Positions 10,019 to 20,240 of a stretch of DNA of 64,000 bases are shown here, piece after piece. The stretch's first letter is position 1. Each line of letters opens with the position of its first letter. The translations under genes and the position numbers were made by a program. Origin of the DNA: a virus (taxonomy: Duplodnaviria > Caudoviricetes); IMG/VR virus record IMGVR_UViG_3300031857_000007, one strand, 5' to 3'. The notes under the pieces were generated by a model. It was not told the DNA's origin. It searched no databases and was given only the letters and a program-made list of their open reading frames with translations.

Positions 10019-10765
10019 TTAGTACTTACCTTCAGTGCAATACTCTACTTTTTTATTTGGATAGTATGGATACTTTCCTTCTTGTGGTTTCATAAATCCA
10101 CATCCAATCAACCAATCCATAGTCAAAGGAGTTGGGCGAATTTGATCCCACAATGGACCTTGAGTACACATCTCCAACTTTTCAGCAGTTACATTTGATT
10201 GTTCTTCTGCCCAATTTGCATCTGCCTCCCAAGGAACTGCACGACTTTGCATCATAGATTCGTAAGTAAGTCTAGTTGATTTCAATACCCAAGCAGGAAT
10301 TTCTGAGTCTTGATGTACCTGAGCCATAAAAGAAGTCTTCAATCCACCACCCATACAATCTTGAACCGTATGCCATCCCTCATGACGAAGTGTTCCTAAA
10401 AATTCTCTTGGATCTTTAAGAAGAGTTTCATTAATAAAGAAACGATTATAATTTGGTTTGTATAATCCCACTGTTCTTGGAGTAAAATATCTTTCTGGTG
10501 CGACATAAACAGGGACTTCAAGTTTATTGAGAGCAGTTACAATTCTTACAATTTCCTCTCTAAATGGATCGAAGTCCTGATTTTTTAAAAATTCAGATTC
10601 TGCTGTTAATTTTTCAATACCTTCTGTACATTCCAAAAGTATCATACAACCCATTGCCTCTAAACTGTAAGGTCTTACTGTAGGTTGAGTGTTTAAAAGT
10701 TTATCTGCGTAAGCAGGAAGAGTTAAAGTTAAAGTTATTCCGATTGCTGCAATGAATTTTTTCAT
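10019..10765 (-). CDS. secreted HExxH zinc metallopeptidase-like protein
   Basis: Signal peptide, LRHEGWH motif, downstream WEADA glutamate helix. Confidence 0.7.
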   Translation of the reverse strand: MKKFIAAIGITLTLTLPAYADKLLNTQPTVRPYSLEAMGCMILLECTEGIEKLTAESEFLKNQDFDPFREEIVRIVTALNKLEVPVYVAPERYFTPRTVGLYKPNYNRFFINETLLKDPREFLGTLRHEGWHTVQDCMGGGLKTSFMAQVHQDSEIPAWVLKSTRLTYESMMQSRAVPWEADANWAEEQSNVTAEKLEMCTQGPLWDQIRPTPLTMDWLIGCGFMKPQEGKYPYYPNKKVEYCTEGKY

Positions 10766-10962
10766 TCATTCCACCATCCTTCTTCTTTGTGTATCCAGAC
10801 TTTCAAATCTTTTACATACTTTCTCAAGATCTGGGCCTGTTCTTCATGCCAAAAATCACCCGTCTCCATATAGAGGCGGGTGTGATTGTCTATTGCTTGG
10901 AGTATTTTGTGGATTGGAGCATTCCAACACTCCCTCTTTGGAGTGTTCCATTCTCTTGGCAT
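10762..10962 (-). CDS. hypothetical protein
   Basis: 66-aa ORF with ATGA coupling to the downstream gene. Confidence 0.65.
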   Translation of the reverse strand: MPREWNTPKRECWNAPIHKILQAIDNHTRLYMETGDFWHEEQAQILRKYVKDLKVWIHKEEGWWNE

Positions 10963-11065
10963 GGGTATGTGAATGTGTATATTTGATTATCACCTAAAAA
11001 ATCTGTTTTGCATAAATCAGGTCCAACTATCACATGCCCAACAATACTCAAAGTCACAAACTCAA

Positions 11066-11167
11066 TCATTTTTTCTTTCCACCATTCTTTGCTTTTTTAG
11101 CAGTAGCATTTCCACTATTCTGCTTAGCATTAGCAGACTTGCTTTTTTTATTCTTTGGTTTACCCAT
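11066..11167 (-). CDS. Lys-rich micropeptide (33 aa, not in ORF track)
   Basis: Manual translation MGKPKNKKSKSANAKQNSGNATAKKAKNGGKKK; overlaps neighbouring start and stop codons. Confidence 0.55.
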   Translation of the reverse strand: MGKPKNKKSKSANAKQNSGNATAKKAKNGGKKK

Positions 11168-11556
11168 CACAGATCTCCTCTTGAGTATGGTTTTTCTTCA
11201 TCAACTTTTGCTTCAAGTGCTTCAACTCTTTCCTCAAGAGAAGTCTCTGAATCTTCAGTTATCGTTTCATGAACCACGGATTCTACAATCGCCTCAGCGA
11301 CTGGAGTTGGAGGTGTTTCTACGAACTCCTCCCTTTTAGGTTGGGTCTTTTTTTCATCATCATCATCACCACCCTTCTTCATTGTGTTAATACCGAAAGT
11401 AGCAGCAGATGCGGTGAAAACAGTAGCAATAAAAGTGGGGTCCATCTTAGATAGAGCCCCAGCATAACTAGCAGTAAGAAGAGCGGCAGACCAACCCAAA
11501 ATCGCAATACGAATAACAGTACTCATACACTTTTCTCTTTTGTTTGGTGTATCCAT
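11167..11556 (-). CDS. two-TM membrane protein with acidic tail
   Basis: Two hydrophobic segments followed by an acidic coiled-coil-like tail. Confidence 0.75.
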   Translation of the reverse strand: MDTPNKREKCMSTVIRIAILGWSAALLTASYAGALSKMDPTFIATVFTASAATFGINTMKKGGDDDDEKKTQPKREEFVETPPTPVAEAIVESVVHETITEDSETSLEERVEALEAKVDEEKPYSRGDL

Positions 11557-11591
11557 CAGTCCTTTTGATGATGTCTTTTATATTTAGGATT

Positions 11592-13739
11592 TTAGAACTT
11601 AAATTTAAGTTTCGCAGACACCACTGTATTAGAAACACCATCATTGATTTGATGTATTCCTTCAACGATTACCATTTCCTTATAATCAACAGAAGCATTT
11701 GCCTCAATCATTCCGCTGGTTTCATAAGAACCACCGACAGTTATGCCGAATAAATCCTTTTTCTTACCACCAAAACGATGTGAAATATTTAGACCAACCT
11801 CACCAGAATGTGAAGTTTTGTTTATAGCATCAACAGTTCTTCTGGACTGAATAGAACCAGTTTCAGTAAAACCATCTCTTTGATAATTACTAATAGTATA
11901 TCCAACAAATGGAGTTATGTTCTTATTGAGATGCCAGAATAATCTGTTATTAACAAACCACTCTTTTCCTTGTGTTGAACTTTCGTTTCCAAAGATACCC
12001 TGAACATTTCTGGATACATTATATTTGTTCTGTGAGAAACCAACATTTGTTAAGAGTGATGTTGTATTTCCACGGAACATATTGAAGAAACCATAATGGT
12101 TCTTAAGAAGTTTAGAAGTGCTATCAACACCACCCAAATCAATATTCACATTATTATACTGTCCACCAATAGTCCAAGTTGGTTTAATATCAATTTCTAA
12201 TCCACCACCAATAATCAGGGACTTACCATAGTATCCATAATCACCAGAAGACCAAGCATAATAGTTGTTGCTGAATACTCTTACTCTGTCTGTAGTTGGC
12301 TCAGTTGGTTCATAGATAAAAAGATTTTGTAATCCACCACCAATCTTATCTAAAACATCGTATTGATCTGTGCGTCCAGAAAGAACATCATGAGTATTCT
12401 TGGTATCAACAGAAAGAAGTAAAGAATAAACTACAGTGTTATCACTATAAGTATCTTGTCTCAATAAAGGAGTTTCAGTTGTAGTCTCAAAGTTTCTTCT
12501 AATCTTTTGAACTCCATCCTTTTCAGATGCTTTATGTGTTATTTCAGTTTTAGAAACAACAGGAAGTCCAGGTGCAGGAACAGTTACAGAGTTTAATAAT
12601 GTTGGTGGTTCTGGAGTTGGTTCAGGTGTAGGTTCAGGTGTAGGTTCAGGAGTTGATTCAGGAGTGGGTTCTGGTGTAGGAGTTGGTTCTGGAGTAGGTT
12701 CTGGTGCTGGTGTTGGATCTGGAGTAGGTTCTGGTTCTGGTGTAGGTTCAGGAGTTGGTTCTGGTGTAGGATCAGGAGTTGGTTCTGGTGTAGGATCAGG
12801 AGTTGGAGTTGGATCAGGTGTAGGTTCTGGTGTAGGTGCTACTTCATCAACAGAAGGAGCATCTGGATTGTTTGGGGCAACAGGGGTAAATGTTTGTCCG
12901 TTCTGTGTTGTAGTTCCAGGTTGACTATCAACCAAAAGAACTGGTGATAATGCAGTATCTCCAAGATTGAATACTGCAAATCCTAAGAGATAATCACCAT
13001 TAGCACCTACTTGATATGTGGAATACTGCCATCCAGTAGAACCATAAGTTCCAGTTGAATAGTCACCAGTTCCAGGATTGGTAAATCCAAGCAAAGCATA
13101 GTTTTGAAGTTGATTATTAACTGTTACTGTTGGAGATGAACCTGTTCCCTGATAAACAAGTGATGTAATAGAACCATCATTGAAAGGAACATAATCAGTT
13201 CCAATGTAGTTCCAAGACATTGTATAAACTTTACCAGTTTCCAAGGTAACTGACTTTGTAATCCAAGCAGCATCAGTAGGAGTTGGATTTCCTAGTCCAG
13301 ATGCTTGCTGTTGTTGAATAAGAAGGTCTTTGATTGCTTGATTTTCTTCTGGTGTTAAACCAAGTGCTTCTGTTGCTTGGTTAAATGTTGCTTGACCATT
13401 TGGTTGTAATGCAGCACCAGCAGTTCCATAAGGACCAAACTCCCAAGTAGATGGGGTTACTGCTGGCTGATAATAAGGATTGGGAGATCCATCTTGTAGA
13501 GTTGGACTTCCTACTGCTGGGTGAGAAGGTGCATTGAAGATCACTGGATTATCGACAACACTAACACCTGTTCCTTGTCCTGTGATTGTGCTATCTAATG
13601 TTCCTGTTTGAGTTCCAGTATTCCATCCTGAAGTATTCCCAGTCTCAAAATCTGTACCAGAAATTGTATCTGCAAATGCAGTTGGTGCTCCCATTAAAAG
13701 AGCAGACGCTACAGCAAGCGCCTTTTTAGCGTAAGACAT
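11592..13739 (-). CDS. autotransporter-like outer-membrane protein
   Basis: Signal peptide, beta-rich passenger region, (PT/PE)n linker, amphipathic beta-strand C-terminal domain ending in aromatic KLKFKF. Confidence 0.75.
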   Translation of the reverse strand: MSYAKKALAVASALLMGAPTAFADTISGTDFETGNTSGWNTGTQTGTLDSTITGQGTGVSVVDNPVIFNAPSHPAVGSPTLQDGSPNPYYQPAVTPSTWEFGPYGTAGAALQPNGQATFNQATEALGLTPEENQAIKDLLIQQQQASGLGNPTPTDAAWITKSVTLETGKVYTMSWNYIGTDYVPFNDGSITSLVYQGTGSSPTVTVNNQLQNYALLGFTNPGTGDYSTGTYGSTGWQYSTYQVGANGDYLLGFAVFNLGDTALSPVLLVDSQPGTTTQNGQTFTPVAPNNPDAPSVDEVAPTPEPTPDPTPTPDPTPEPTPDPTPEPTPEPTPEPEPTPDPTPAPEPTPEPTPTPEPTPESTPEPTPEPTPEPTPEPPTLLNSVTVPAPGLPVVSKTEITHKASEKDGVQKIRRNFETTTETPLLRQDTYSDNTVVYSLLLSVDTKNTHDVLSGRTDQYDVLDKIGGGLQNLFIYEPTEPTTDRVRVFSNNYYAWSSGDYGYYGKSLIIGGGLEIDIKPTWTIGGQYNNVNIDLGGVDSTSKLLKNHYGFFNMFRGNTTSLLTNVGFSQNKYNVSRNVQGIFGNESSTQGKEWFVNNRLFWHLNKNITPFVGYTISNYQRDGFTETGSIQSRRTVDAINKTSHSGEVGLNISHRFGGKKKDLFGITVGGSYETSGMIEANASVDYKEMVIVEGIHQINDGVSNTVVSAKLKFKF
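12604..12840 (-). repeat. coding tandem repeat (PTPE/PTPD linker)
   Basis: About 12-nt degenerate repeats encoding PTPE/PTPD. Confidence 0.95.
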
Positions 13740-13881
13740 AAAAAGTCCTCTATGGCTCAGTGTGTACTAAACGAAACAAACTAAAGTTGTTTAAAAGTAA
13801 AGTATTCACCAAGTCACAGAGGACTCGGAGTATGTAGATTCAGACCATTTAAGATCAAGAATCAGTTATGATTGTTACTAT

Positions 13882-14577
13882 TTATCCTTTTTTCCAGGCT
13901 TCGCCTTCTGCCTTTCTTCTACGAGCAAGTCCTGCTTCAACATTAGAACCGGGATTGCGGTAGAGATAAAGAGCATCGGGAACTAAGTCCCACTCCTTAT
14001 TCTTCAAGCGTTTAGTAATAGTATTAAAGTTATCACCACCGTAAAAACCGGCACCAAGATTATAAGCAAAGCTGAGCAAAGCTCCCCTCTTTCCATCTGA
14101 CATTTCTCCCCAATGTGGAATTTTACGAAGTGCAGGGAGGAACTGATTTTTACATTGTGTAATTAAAAGTTCATCTGCTTCCGCTTGAGTGATAGAATCA
14201 CCCATTTGGAATGGTTGTCCATTCTTATCTCTAGTAGATCCCCAACCAATTGTAATTGGAAGTCCACCAGTAAGAGGATCAGGATATGCCGATAAATGAC
14301 ATCCTTCAAATTCCTTGATTAATTTAATTCCCATCATTGGAACATCATCACCACCTACTGTAGCAGGTGAAGAAGATGCTGCAGGAGCAGAAGCAGAATT
14401 TATTGTAGATGCTCCTACAGCACTAGACTTTTTTCCGCGATAAATTTCAGCCCAGTCTACATTATCCTCAAGAAACTTATTTGGCAGATGATCCTCTAGC
14501 CATTGAACTGCTTTAACATGATTGGGATTCTTTTCATCATAAAATTTAAAAAAGTTATGTAAATCAATTCTTGCCAT
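13882..14577 (-). CDS. GH24 (T4/lambda-R-like) lysozyme with extra N-terminal domain
   Basis: IKEFEG-x-AYPDP-x-TIGWG catalytic pattern; SFAYNLG; GLARRRKAE. Confidence 0.9.
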   Translation of the reverse strand: MARIDLHNFFKFYDEKNPNHVKAVQWLEDHLPNKFLEDNVDWAEIYRGKKSSAVGASTINSASAPAASSSPATVGGDDVPMMGIKLIKEFEGCHLSAYPDPLTGGLPITIGWGSTRDKNGQPFQMGDSITQAEADELLITQCKNQFLPALRKIPHWGEMSDGKRGALLSFAYNLGAGFYGGDNFNTITKRLKNKEWDLVPDALYLYRNPGSNVEAGLARRRKAEGEAWKKG

Positions 14578-14703
14578 TGTTACCTCCGAAATACTTTAGA
14601 TAAAGTTGATTTGCTTCTACATGCTTACCATGATTGGTAAGATCTTTAATTCTCTGTAAGATCTTTCTCTTAAAATTAATCGAAAATTCTTCCCCACCCA
14701 TCA
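14564..14703 (-). CDS. small hypothetical protein
   Basis: MMGGEEFSINFKRK...; sits between the peptidase and the lysozyme; start position approximate. Confidence 0.5.
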
Positions 14704-15347
14704 TTGCCTCCTGGACACCAACGGTGCTTAAGAACTGCCTTGGTGTAAATGGTCTTCTTACCATTTGTCACGGGACCAGTATAGTTATCATTGAGTGAAC
14801 CATATGGATCATTGATATAGTATCCTTTACCGTCTGGCGTTTTTCCGATTACAACACACATGTGCCCACCAGTAGGTGCAGATAAAGAACCCCTGTGCAG
14901 GATACCAATAACAACAGGTTTCCCAGCATCAAGACTCTTATCAATGTCAGCAAAAGAAAGATTGTAACTAAAGTGTGACTTAACTCCATAAGCTGCCAGA
15001 ACCTTTGTCTGTACCGCATGGTCAGTCGTATCACCAATCTCAAATACTTTCTTAACGTATTCGTCATCACCTTTAATGCTTCCTGGTTTGAGGAAAGCAA
15101 GACACATAGCACATGACGAAGAGTTACAAGTCCTATGTGCATCTCTGTAGTTGTCTACTTGATTGAAGTATGGAACTGCGAGAACTTCTGGAGTGGGTGG
15201 TTTAGTTCTAAAAATTGAAACCCACTCAGTCTCTGAGTCATCCATAAACTCAGCAGGAAGGTTATCCTCTAACCACTGTACTGCTGCTACATGATTTGCA
15301 TTACCATCATCATAATACTTAAAAAAGTTATGAAGATCTAAGGTCAT
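14676..15347 (-). CDS. C39-like cysteine peptidase with N-terminal domain shared with the lysozyme
   Basis: VPYFNQ...CNSSSCAM (Cys), GGHMCVVIG (His), INDPY (Asp). Confidence 0.85.
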   Translation of the reverse strand: MTLDLHNFFKYYDDGNANHVAAVQWLEDNLPAEFMDDSETEWVSIFRTKPPTPEVLAVPYFNQVDNYRDAHRTCNSSSCAMCLAFLKPGSIKGDDEYVKKVFEIGDTTDHAVQTKVLAAYGVKSHFSYNLSFADIDKSLDAGKPVVIGILHRGSLSAPTGGHMCVVIGKTPDGKGYYINDPYGSLNDNYTGPVTNGKKTIYTKAVLKHRWCPGGNDGWGRIFD

Positions 15348-15371
15348 TGGATATTACTCTAAACACTCAGA

Positions 15372-15379
15372 TATTTATA
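15372..15379 (-). promoter_or_regulatory. T4-type late promoter
   Basis: TATAAATA on the minus strand upstream of the peptidase-lysozyme pair. Confidence 0.7.
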
Positions 15380-15412
15380 AAAAAAGCGCCTTTTTGGGCG
15401 CTTTGTTTATTT

Positions 15413-15940
15413 TCAAGCAGTAACAGTTTCTCGAACTGTAGATTTCACATATTCAAAAACATTTTCTGGAGTAGTCTCTTCGTAAGGATCTGTGTCTGCA
15501 TTGTCACGTTGCCCCACTTCAACGAATAGTTTTTCGATGATTCCGTTATCCACGACTGCAGCATAACGCCAAGAGCGATCACCGAAACCAAGGTTAGACT
15601 TATTGACAAGCATACCCATAGAACGTGTGAAATATGCATTACCGTCTGGAATGAGTTTGACTTTTTCAATGTTCTGGTCTTGTGCCCAGGCATTCATCAC
15701 AAACCCATCATTAACAGAGAGGCAGTAAATATCGTCGATGCCAAGACCAATAAAGTCGTCGTATTTCTCTTCGAATCCAGGAAGCTGATAGGCACTGCAA
15801 GTAGGAGTGAAAGCACCAGGCAGACTAAAAATGACCACTCGCTTTCCATTGAAAAGTTCAGAAGATGTACGACTTACAAACTCACCATTCTCACGAAACT
15901 GAAATTGAACCTCAGGAATGGTATAACCTTCTCTACGCAT
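15413..15940 (-). CDS. peroxiredoxin (Prx5/redoxin type)
   Basis: PGAFTPTCS, VNDGFVMNAW, RSWRYA motifs; start reset to the ATG after a GGAGG RBS. Confidence 0.92.
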   Translation of the reverse strand: MRREGYTIPEVQFQFRENGEFVSRTSSELFNGKRVVIFSLPGAFTPTCSAYQLPGFEEKYDDFIGLGIDDIYCLSVNDGFVMNAWAQDQNIEKVKLIPDGNAYFTRSMGMLVNKSNLGFGDRSWRYAAVVDNGIIEKLFVEVGQRDNADTDPYEETTPENVFEYVKSTVRETVTA

Positions 15941-15951
15941 AGTAACCTCCA

Positions 15952-16067
15952 TCAAAATACACCAGGAATAATTTGACCTGTAGTAAGATAAGATCCAGCA
16001 GCGGCGACAAATCCAATCATTGCTGCCCAACCGTTAATACGTTCTGCTTTTTCGGTAAAAAGATTTT

Positions 16068-16071
<4 letters not shown>
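15952..16071 (-). CDS. hli: high-light inducible protein (39 aa, not in ORF track)
   Basis: Manual translation MKNLFTEKAERINGWAAMIGFVAAAGSYLTTGQIIPGVF with the AExxNGxxAMIG motif. Confidence 0.92.
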
Positions 16072-16573
<502 letters not shown>

Positions 16574-16660
16574 TTAGTAAGTTTCTGAGAGTTGATTAAC
16601 TGAGTGCGCCAACAAAACTAAGAAGGCGACACTAGTAATTGTAAAGATAGTTGAAGTCAT
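16574..16660 (-). CDS. 28-aa single-TM peptide (not in ORF track)
   Basis: Manual translation MTSTIFTITSVAFLVLLAHSVNQLSETY between hli and petF. Confidence 0.5.
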   Translation of the reverse strand: MTSTIFTITSVAFLVLLAHSVNQLSETY

Positions 16661-16673
16661 TGTCAATCAATTG

Positions 16674-16883
16674 TCAGAAGATGCCGAAGAAGAAGTTGCC
16701 AGTGATAGTGTAAGAAATAATCCCAGCAACAAAACCGACCATTGCCCAGCGTCCATTCATTTTCTCCGCTTTTTCTGCATAGGGTTCAATACCATAACGC
16801 TCAAGATCTTCTTTAGTCATATACATCGAAGGTTCTTTGGCAAACATATTCATTTGCCCGAACTCGTTTTTTGTTACAGTCAT
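16674..16883 (-). CDS. hli: high-light inducible protein (long form)
   Basis: AEKMNGRWAMVGF motif; start reset to MTVTKNEFGQ. Confidence 0.92.
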   Translation of the reverse strand: MTVTKNEFGQMNMFAKEPSMYMTKEDLERYGIEPYAEKAEKMNGRWAMVGFVAGIISYTITGNFFFGIF

Positions 16884-16998
16884 TATCTTTTGTAAAGATT
16901 TACAACACAATTATATAGGAAATCTAAAGAAAAAACAAGGGGGGAAACCCACCCTTGTTAGAAAATGCTGACTTTAATGAGTATAAATGCTTACAAAA

Positions 16999-18522
16999 TC
17001 AGAATTTAAAGGTTGTCTGAACAAGTGCTCCAAAAGCATCTAGTCCACCACCAGCAGGATTACTTAGATAGAATACTGAAGGAGTGACTGCGATATTATC
17101 GGTAACTTGCACTTTATAGTAACCTTCAAGTGCATAGTTACCATCATTACCGTCTACACTGTTTTGTTCTGTGACAAAAGTAGGTTGACCGACTGCAAAT
17201 CCAAGAGCATTGCCCTTAGCAATTACATCTTTCCAAACCAGTCCAGTGTACCAAGACTGAGAAGCAGTATCACCACCCTCAGTATAGGAAGAGTTATTAT
17301 ATCCCCAACCAGCAGAGATGGAAGGAACCCAACCAGAGGTAGAAGGTTGCCAATAACCAGACAGAGCAAATGAGTTGGTATTGCCACCAGTTTCAGAGTT
17401 AGGAAGTGAAGATACTAATTCATTAGTTCCTTGAATTGAAACACCATTGGTTGCATAAGTATAAGCACCAGTCAGGTTCCAGTTCTTACCAGTGTAACCA
17501 AGTTGAACAGTGGTAGTAGCAGCAGAATTGCCATTAAACACGCCACCTTCAGCACTATCACCAACATCACCATCAGCAGCAACGTAGTTAGCACCTAAAG
17601 ACCAACTACCACTCTTATACCAGGCACCAAGACCAGCACCAAGGTTCTTGCTGTAAGTTCCAGGAGCACCAGCAAACTGGAAGATGTTCAGGATCTTATC
17701 TGCATTGTAGACAGAAGGCCACACCGCCAGCATATCATCCTGACGAACACGAGGACCAGCAACAACAGTTACATTCTTACCTACAGGGAATTGATAGTAC
17801 AGACGTTGAATAGCAACTACGTCACCTCCATCAGTGCCACCAAGATTTTCTTGGAAAGCAGCATCAAGTTTTGTGAGTTTGGTTGGATAAGCACCGTTAA
17901 ATGCACTGTCATCAAAATTACCAGCACGAAGTTGAGTGCGAAGCAAATCTTTGCCAGTGAAAGAAGTATCAAAGTTCAGACGAACATCATAGTTAAATGT
18001 AACCGCTTCACGAAGAGGGGCGTCGTTATACTTATTTACTTTATCACCACCATAATTTACACCACCAAGAACCCAACGAGAATCACCACGAAGTTTGGTA
18101 GTTGTAGAGAACTGAGTTGCTTCAAGTTGTCCAACTTGTGCTTCCAGTTTAGAAACAGAACCTTGGATTACAGTCAGTTCATTACGGAACTCATCAGCAA
18201 GACGCTTGAGTTCATCAGTATTTTCAGTTACACGATCCAGGCAAGCATTGAGAAGTGCTGCTGCTTCAAAGCGAGTCATTGCCTTACCGCCACCATAGGT
18301 GCCGTTAGGATAACCAGCAACGCAACCATAACGCTCTACAAGGTTGCTGAGTGCCTGATATGCCCAATCGGTGGGTTGAACATCAGACAGTTGTGAGACA
18401 CTCGTAACCTGTTCAGAGGAATATTGGTTGACTGCTGCCATATTAAGATCTGCAGCATTCGCAGCAACAGGAGCAACCATTCCCAGAGCAACAGGTGCAA
18501 GCATCAGTTGTTTGAGTTTCAT
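16999..18522 (-). CDS. cyanobacterial porin (SomA/B, OprB/iron-uptake porin family) with SLH domain
   Basis: Signal peptide, SLH motif (SDVQPTDWAYQAL...TRFEAAALL), coiled coil, beta-barrel ending TTFKF. Confidence 0.92.
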   Translation of the reverse strand: MKLKQLMLAPVALGMVAPVAANAADLNMAAVNQYSSEQVTSVSQLSDVQPTDWAYQALSNLVERYGCVAGYPNGTYGGGKAMTRFEAAALLNACLDRVTENTDELKRLADEFRNELTVIQGSVSKLEAQVGQLEATQFSTTTKLRGDSRWVLGGVNYGGDKVNKYNDAPLREAVTFNYDVRLNFDTSFTGKDLLRTQLRAGNFDDSAFNGAYPTKLTKLDAAFQENLGGTDGGDVVAIQRLYYQFPVGKNVTVVAGPRVRQDDMLAVWPSVYNADKILNIFQFAGAPGTYSKNLGAGLGAWYKSGSWSLGANYVAADGDVGDSAEGGVFNGNSAATTTVQLGYTGKNWNLTGAYTYATNGVSIQGTNELVSSLPNSETGGNTNSFALSGYWQPSTSGWVPSISAGWGYNNSSYTEGGDTASQSWYTGLVWKDVIAKGNALGFAVGQPTFVTEQNSVDGNDGNYALEGYYKVQVTDNIAVTPSVFYLSNPAGGGLDAFGALVQTTFKF

Positions 18523-18585
18523 AAAAATGTTTATGTACTATAGGACAAATGTTAAGAATTACAACTGAATTCTTAAGTACTTATT

Positions 18586-18614
18586 TAGTATACAGACTTT
18601 CTTTACCTTTGTCA
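18586..18614 (-). promoter_or_regulatory. sigma70-type promoter of the porin with adjacent TAAATA late box
   Basis: TTGACA-N17-TATACT then TAAATA. Confidence 0.75.
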
Positions 18615-18619
18615 AGGTC

Positions 18620-19408
18620 TCATTGAGCAGAAGAATTTTGGGTTATTCTGCCGAGATATGGATCATAATCCATATACTCTTTTATATCGATATCAGATCC
18701 ACGCTGACTCCAAAATTGATTTAATGCTTCATAATTTCCTCTATGAATTGCATCTATATGCTCAGGATGAATTGAAGAACCCAATTCAATTCTATACAAT
18801 AAAAGAGGTATTGAGTAAGTATTTCCGGTATTATAAATCAAATCATCTGCAACAGGTCGTGGTTTACAACCATTATCGAGTTTATACTTTTCTCCTCTAA
18901 CATGAAATTTTAAAAGTTTTTCTGCATGATGGCGAGTAATAAGATAACACGCAGTAGAAAAATCGTTGACAAATCTTTTATGAAGTTTTACATGAATATC
19001 ACCTGTGCAAATAATAGCGATCTGAACCACATCCCAATCGTAGGGAATATGAGCATAAAAATCATCCCAAGTAAAATTCCAGTATCGAACAAGATCTAAA
19101 TTACAATCATCCTCCATGATAATAGCATATGGAGAATCTGAGTTTTCGTACCAATGCCTGATAGCTTTCAAATGAGACGTTACACAACCAATTTCCCCAG
19201 ATGTCATATTGTCGGGATATTTTCCTGATATAATATCACTCAGATCATCATCCCTTCCGTCATAAGCAGAAACTCTATTATAATTGGTAACATTCCAATA
19301 TTCAAATTGAGATTTCATATACTGATCTCTTTCTGGTTGTCCGTCCAGATTAATATAGTATATTGGTCCAATATTTTTTAATTTGAATATAGATTTATTT
19401 TTGTCCAT
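18620..19408 (-). CDS. glycosyltransferase family 25
   Basis: YYINLD..ER, GEIGCVTSH, IMEDD motifs. Confidence 0.88.
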   Translation of the reverse strand: MDKNKSIFKLKNIGPIYYINLDGQPERDQYMKSQFEYWNVTNYNRVSAYDGRDDDLSDIISGKYPDNMTSGEIGCVTSHLKAIRHWYENSDSPYAIIMEDDCNLDLVRYWNFTWDDFYAHIPYDWDVVQIAIICTGDIHVKLHKRFVNDFSTACYLITRHHAEKLLKFHVRGEKYKLDNGCKPRPVADDLIYNTGNTYSIPLLLYRIELGSSIHPEHIDAIHRGNYEALNQFWSQRGSDIDIKEYMDYDPYLGRITQNSSAQ

Positions 19409-20240
19409 TGTTATACTTTTTTAAATAATCCTGTTTTGAATAATACTCGATTAGTTGGTCTTTGTCCATTGTGCTAATTTTTTCCCATTCTAAATTATTA
19501 GAATTCATATGAGGGTTGTTAAACCAAGAATTAATTCCTCTAGCATGTTCTAAATGATATACTAAATTTTTGATTCTACAAATATTATAACCTAACGTAG
19601 AAAATCTGTAAAATCTCTCTTTATCTTCTGGGGCATATGCCACAAAGTTTTCGTTTTCCATTCCGCCATCAATATAGACCTGCCGATCAAAAAACTGAAC
19701 CCATCCAAAATCAGAGGTATGCTCCGATGAATGACTATCAAGAATTTTATAATCAGAAGTTTCTAGAAAAGCAGAAACAATTTCATCAGTTGCTTTAACC
19801 TGTCTTTGATACATTCCTTGACCATAAGGGTATACAATATCACACTCTTCATTCAATATTTTGTTATATGCACTTAGATATGAATCCAATGGAAGTAGAA
19901 CATCGCAATCATAATTTACTACGATTTTAGTTTTAGATTGTGATATCATTTCATTCAAAATTTTCTGTCTATGGAATTCAGATCCTTTTGAATGCTCAAA
20001 AATATGAAGAATATTAATATCAGATTCTACTACATCTTTTAATATTGGTAGAGCAACGTCTTGAAACTTCGAGGTAGTATCGACTTCTTTTATAATGATA
20101 TTAGTATCAAAATTTTCCAATAGAAAAGCTGTCGTTGTTATAACATTTCTAAGTCTATCTTCAGATTCAATTTGAATTGGTATTATAAATGTTGCTTTAG
20201 AAAGATCATTTTTCATCTGGATATCTTCTTGTTTGTACAA
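19395..20240 (-). CDS. GT-A glycosyltransferase with GT7-C-like C-terminus
   Basis: DCD (DxD); GGMENENFVAYAPED resembles GGFDExFxGWGxED. Confidence 0.8.
   Translation of the reverse strand: MYKQEDIQMKNDLSKATFIIPIQIESEDRLRNVITTTAFLLENFDTNIIIKEVDTTSKFQDVALPILKDVVESDINILHIFEHSKGSEFHRQKILNEMISQSKTKIVVNYDCDVLLPLDSYLSAYNKILNEECDIVYPYGQGMYQRQVKATDEIVSAFLETSDYKILDSHSSEHTSDFGWVQFFDRQVYIDGGMENENFVAYAPEDKERFYRFSTLGYNICRIKNLVYHLEHARGINSWFNNPHMNSNNLEWEKISTMDKDQLIEYYSKQDYLKKYNNGQK

Noticed and set aside
12604-12924. Tandem repeats, and a plus-strand GSGV-repeat ORF
   Set aside because: Not a CRISPR array (no unique spacers). The repeats encode the PTPE linker on the minus strand and the plus ORF is its antisense shadow.
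15941-16030. N-terminal extension of the peroxiredoxin in the ORF track
   Set aside because: Overlaps a clear hli gene in another frame; a GGAGG RBS supports the start at 15940.
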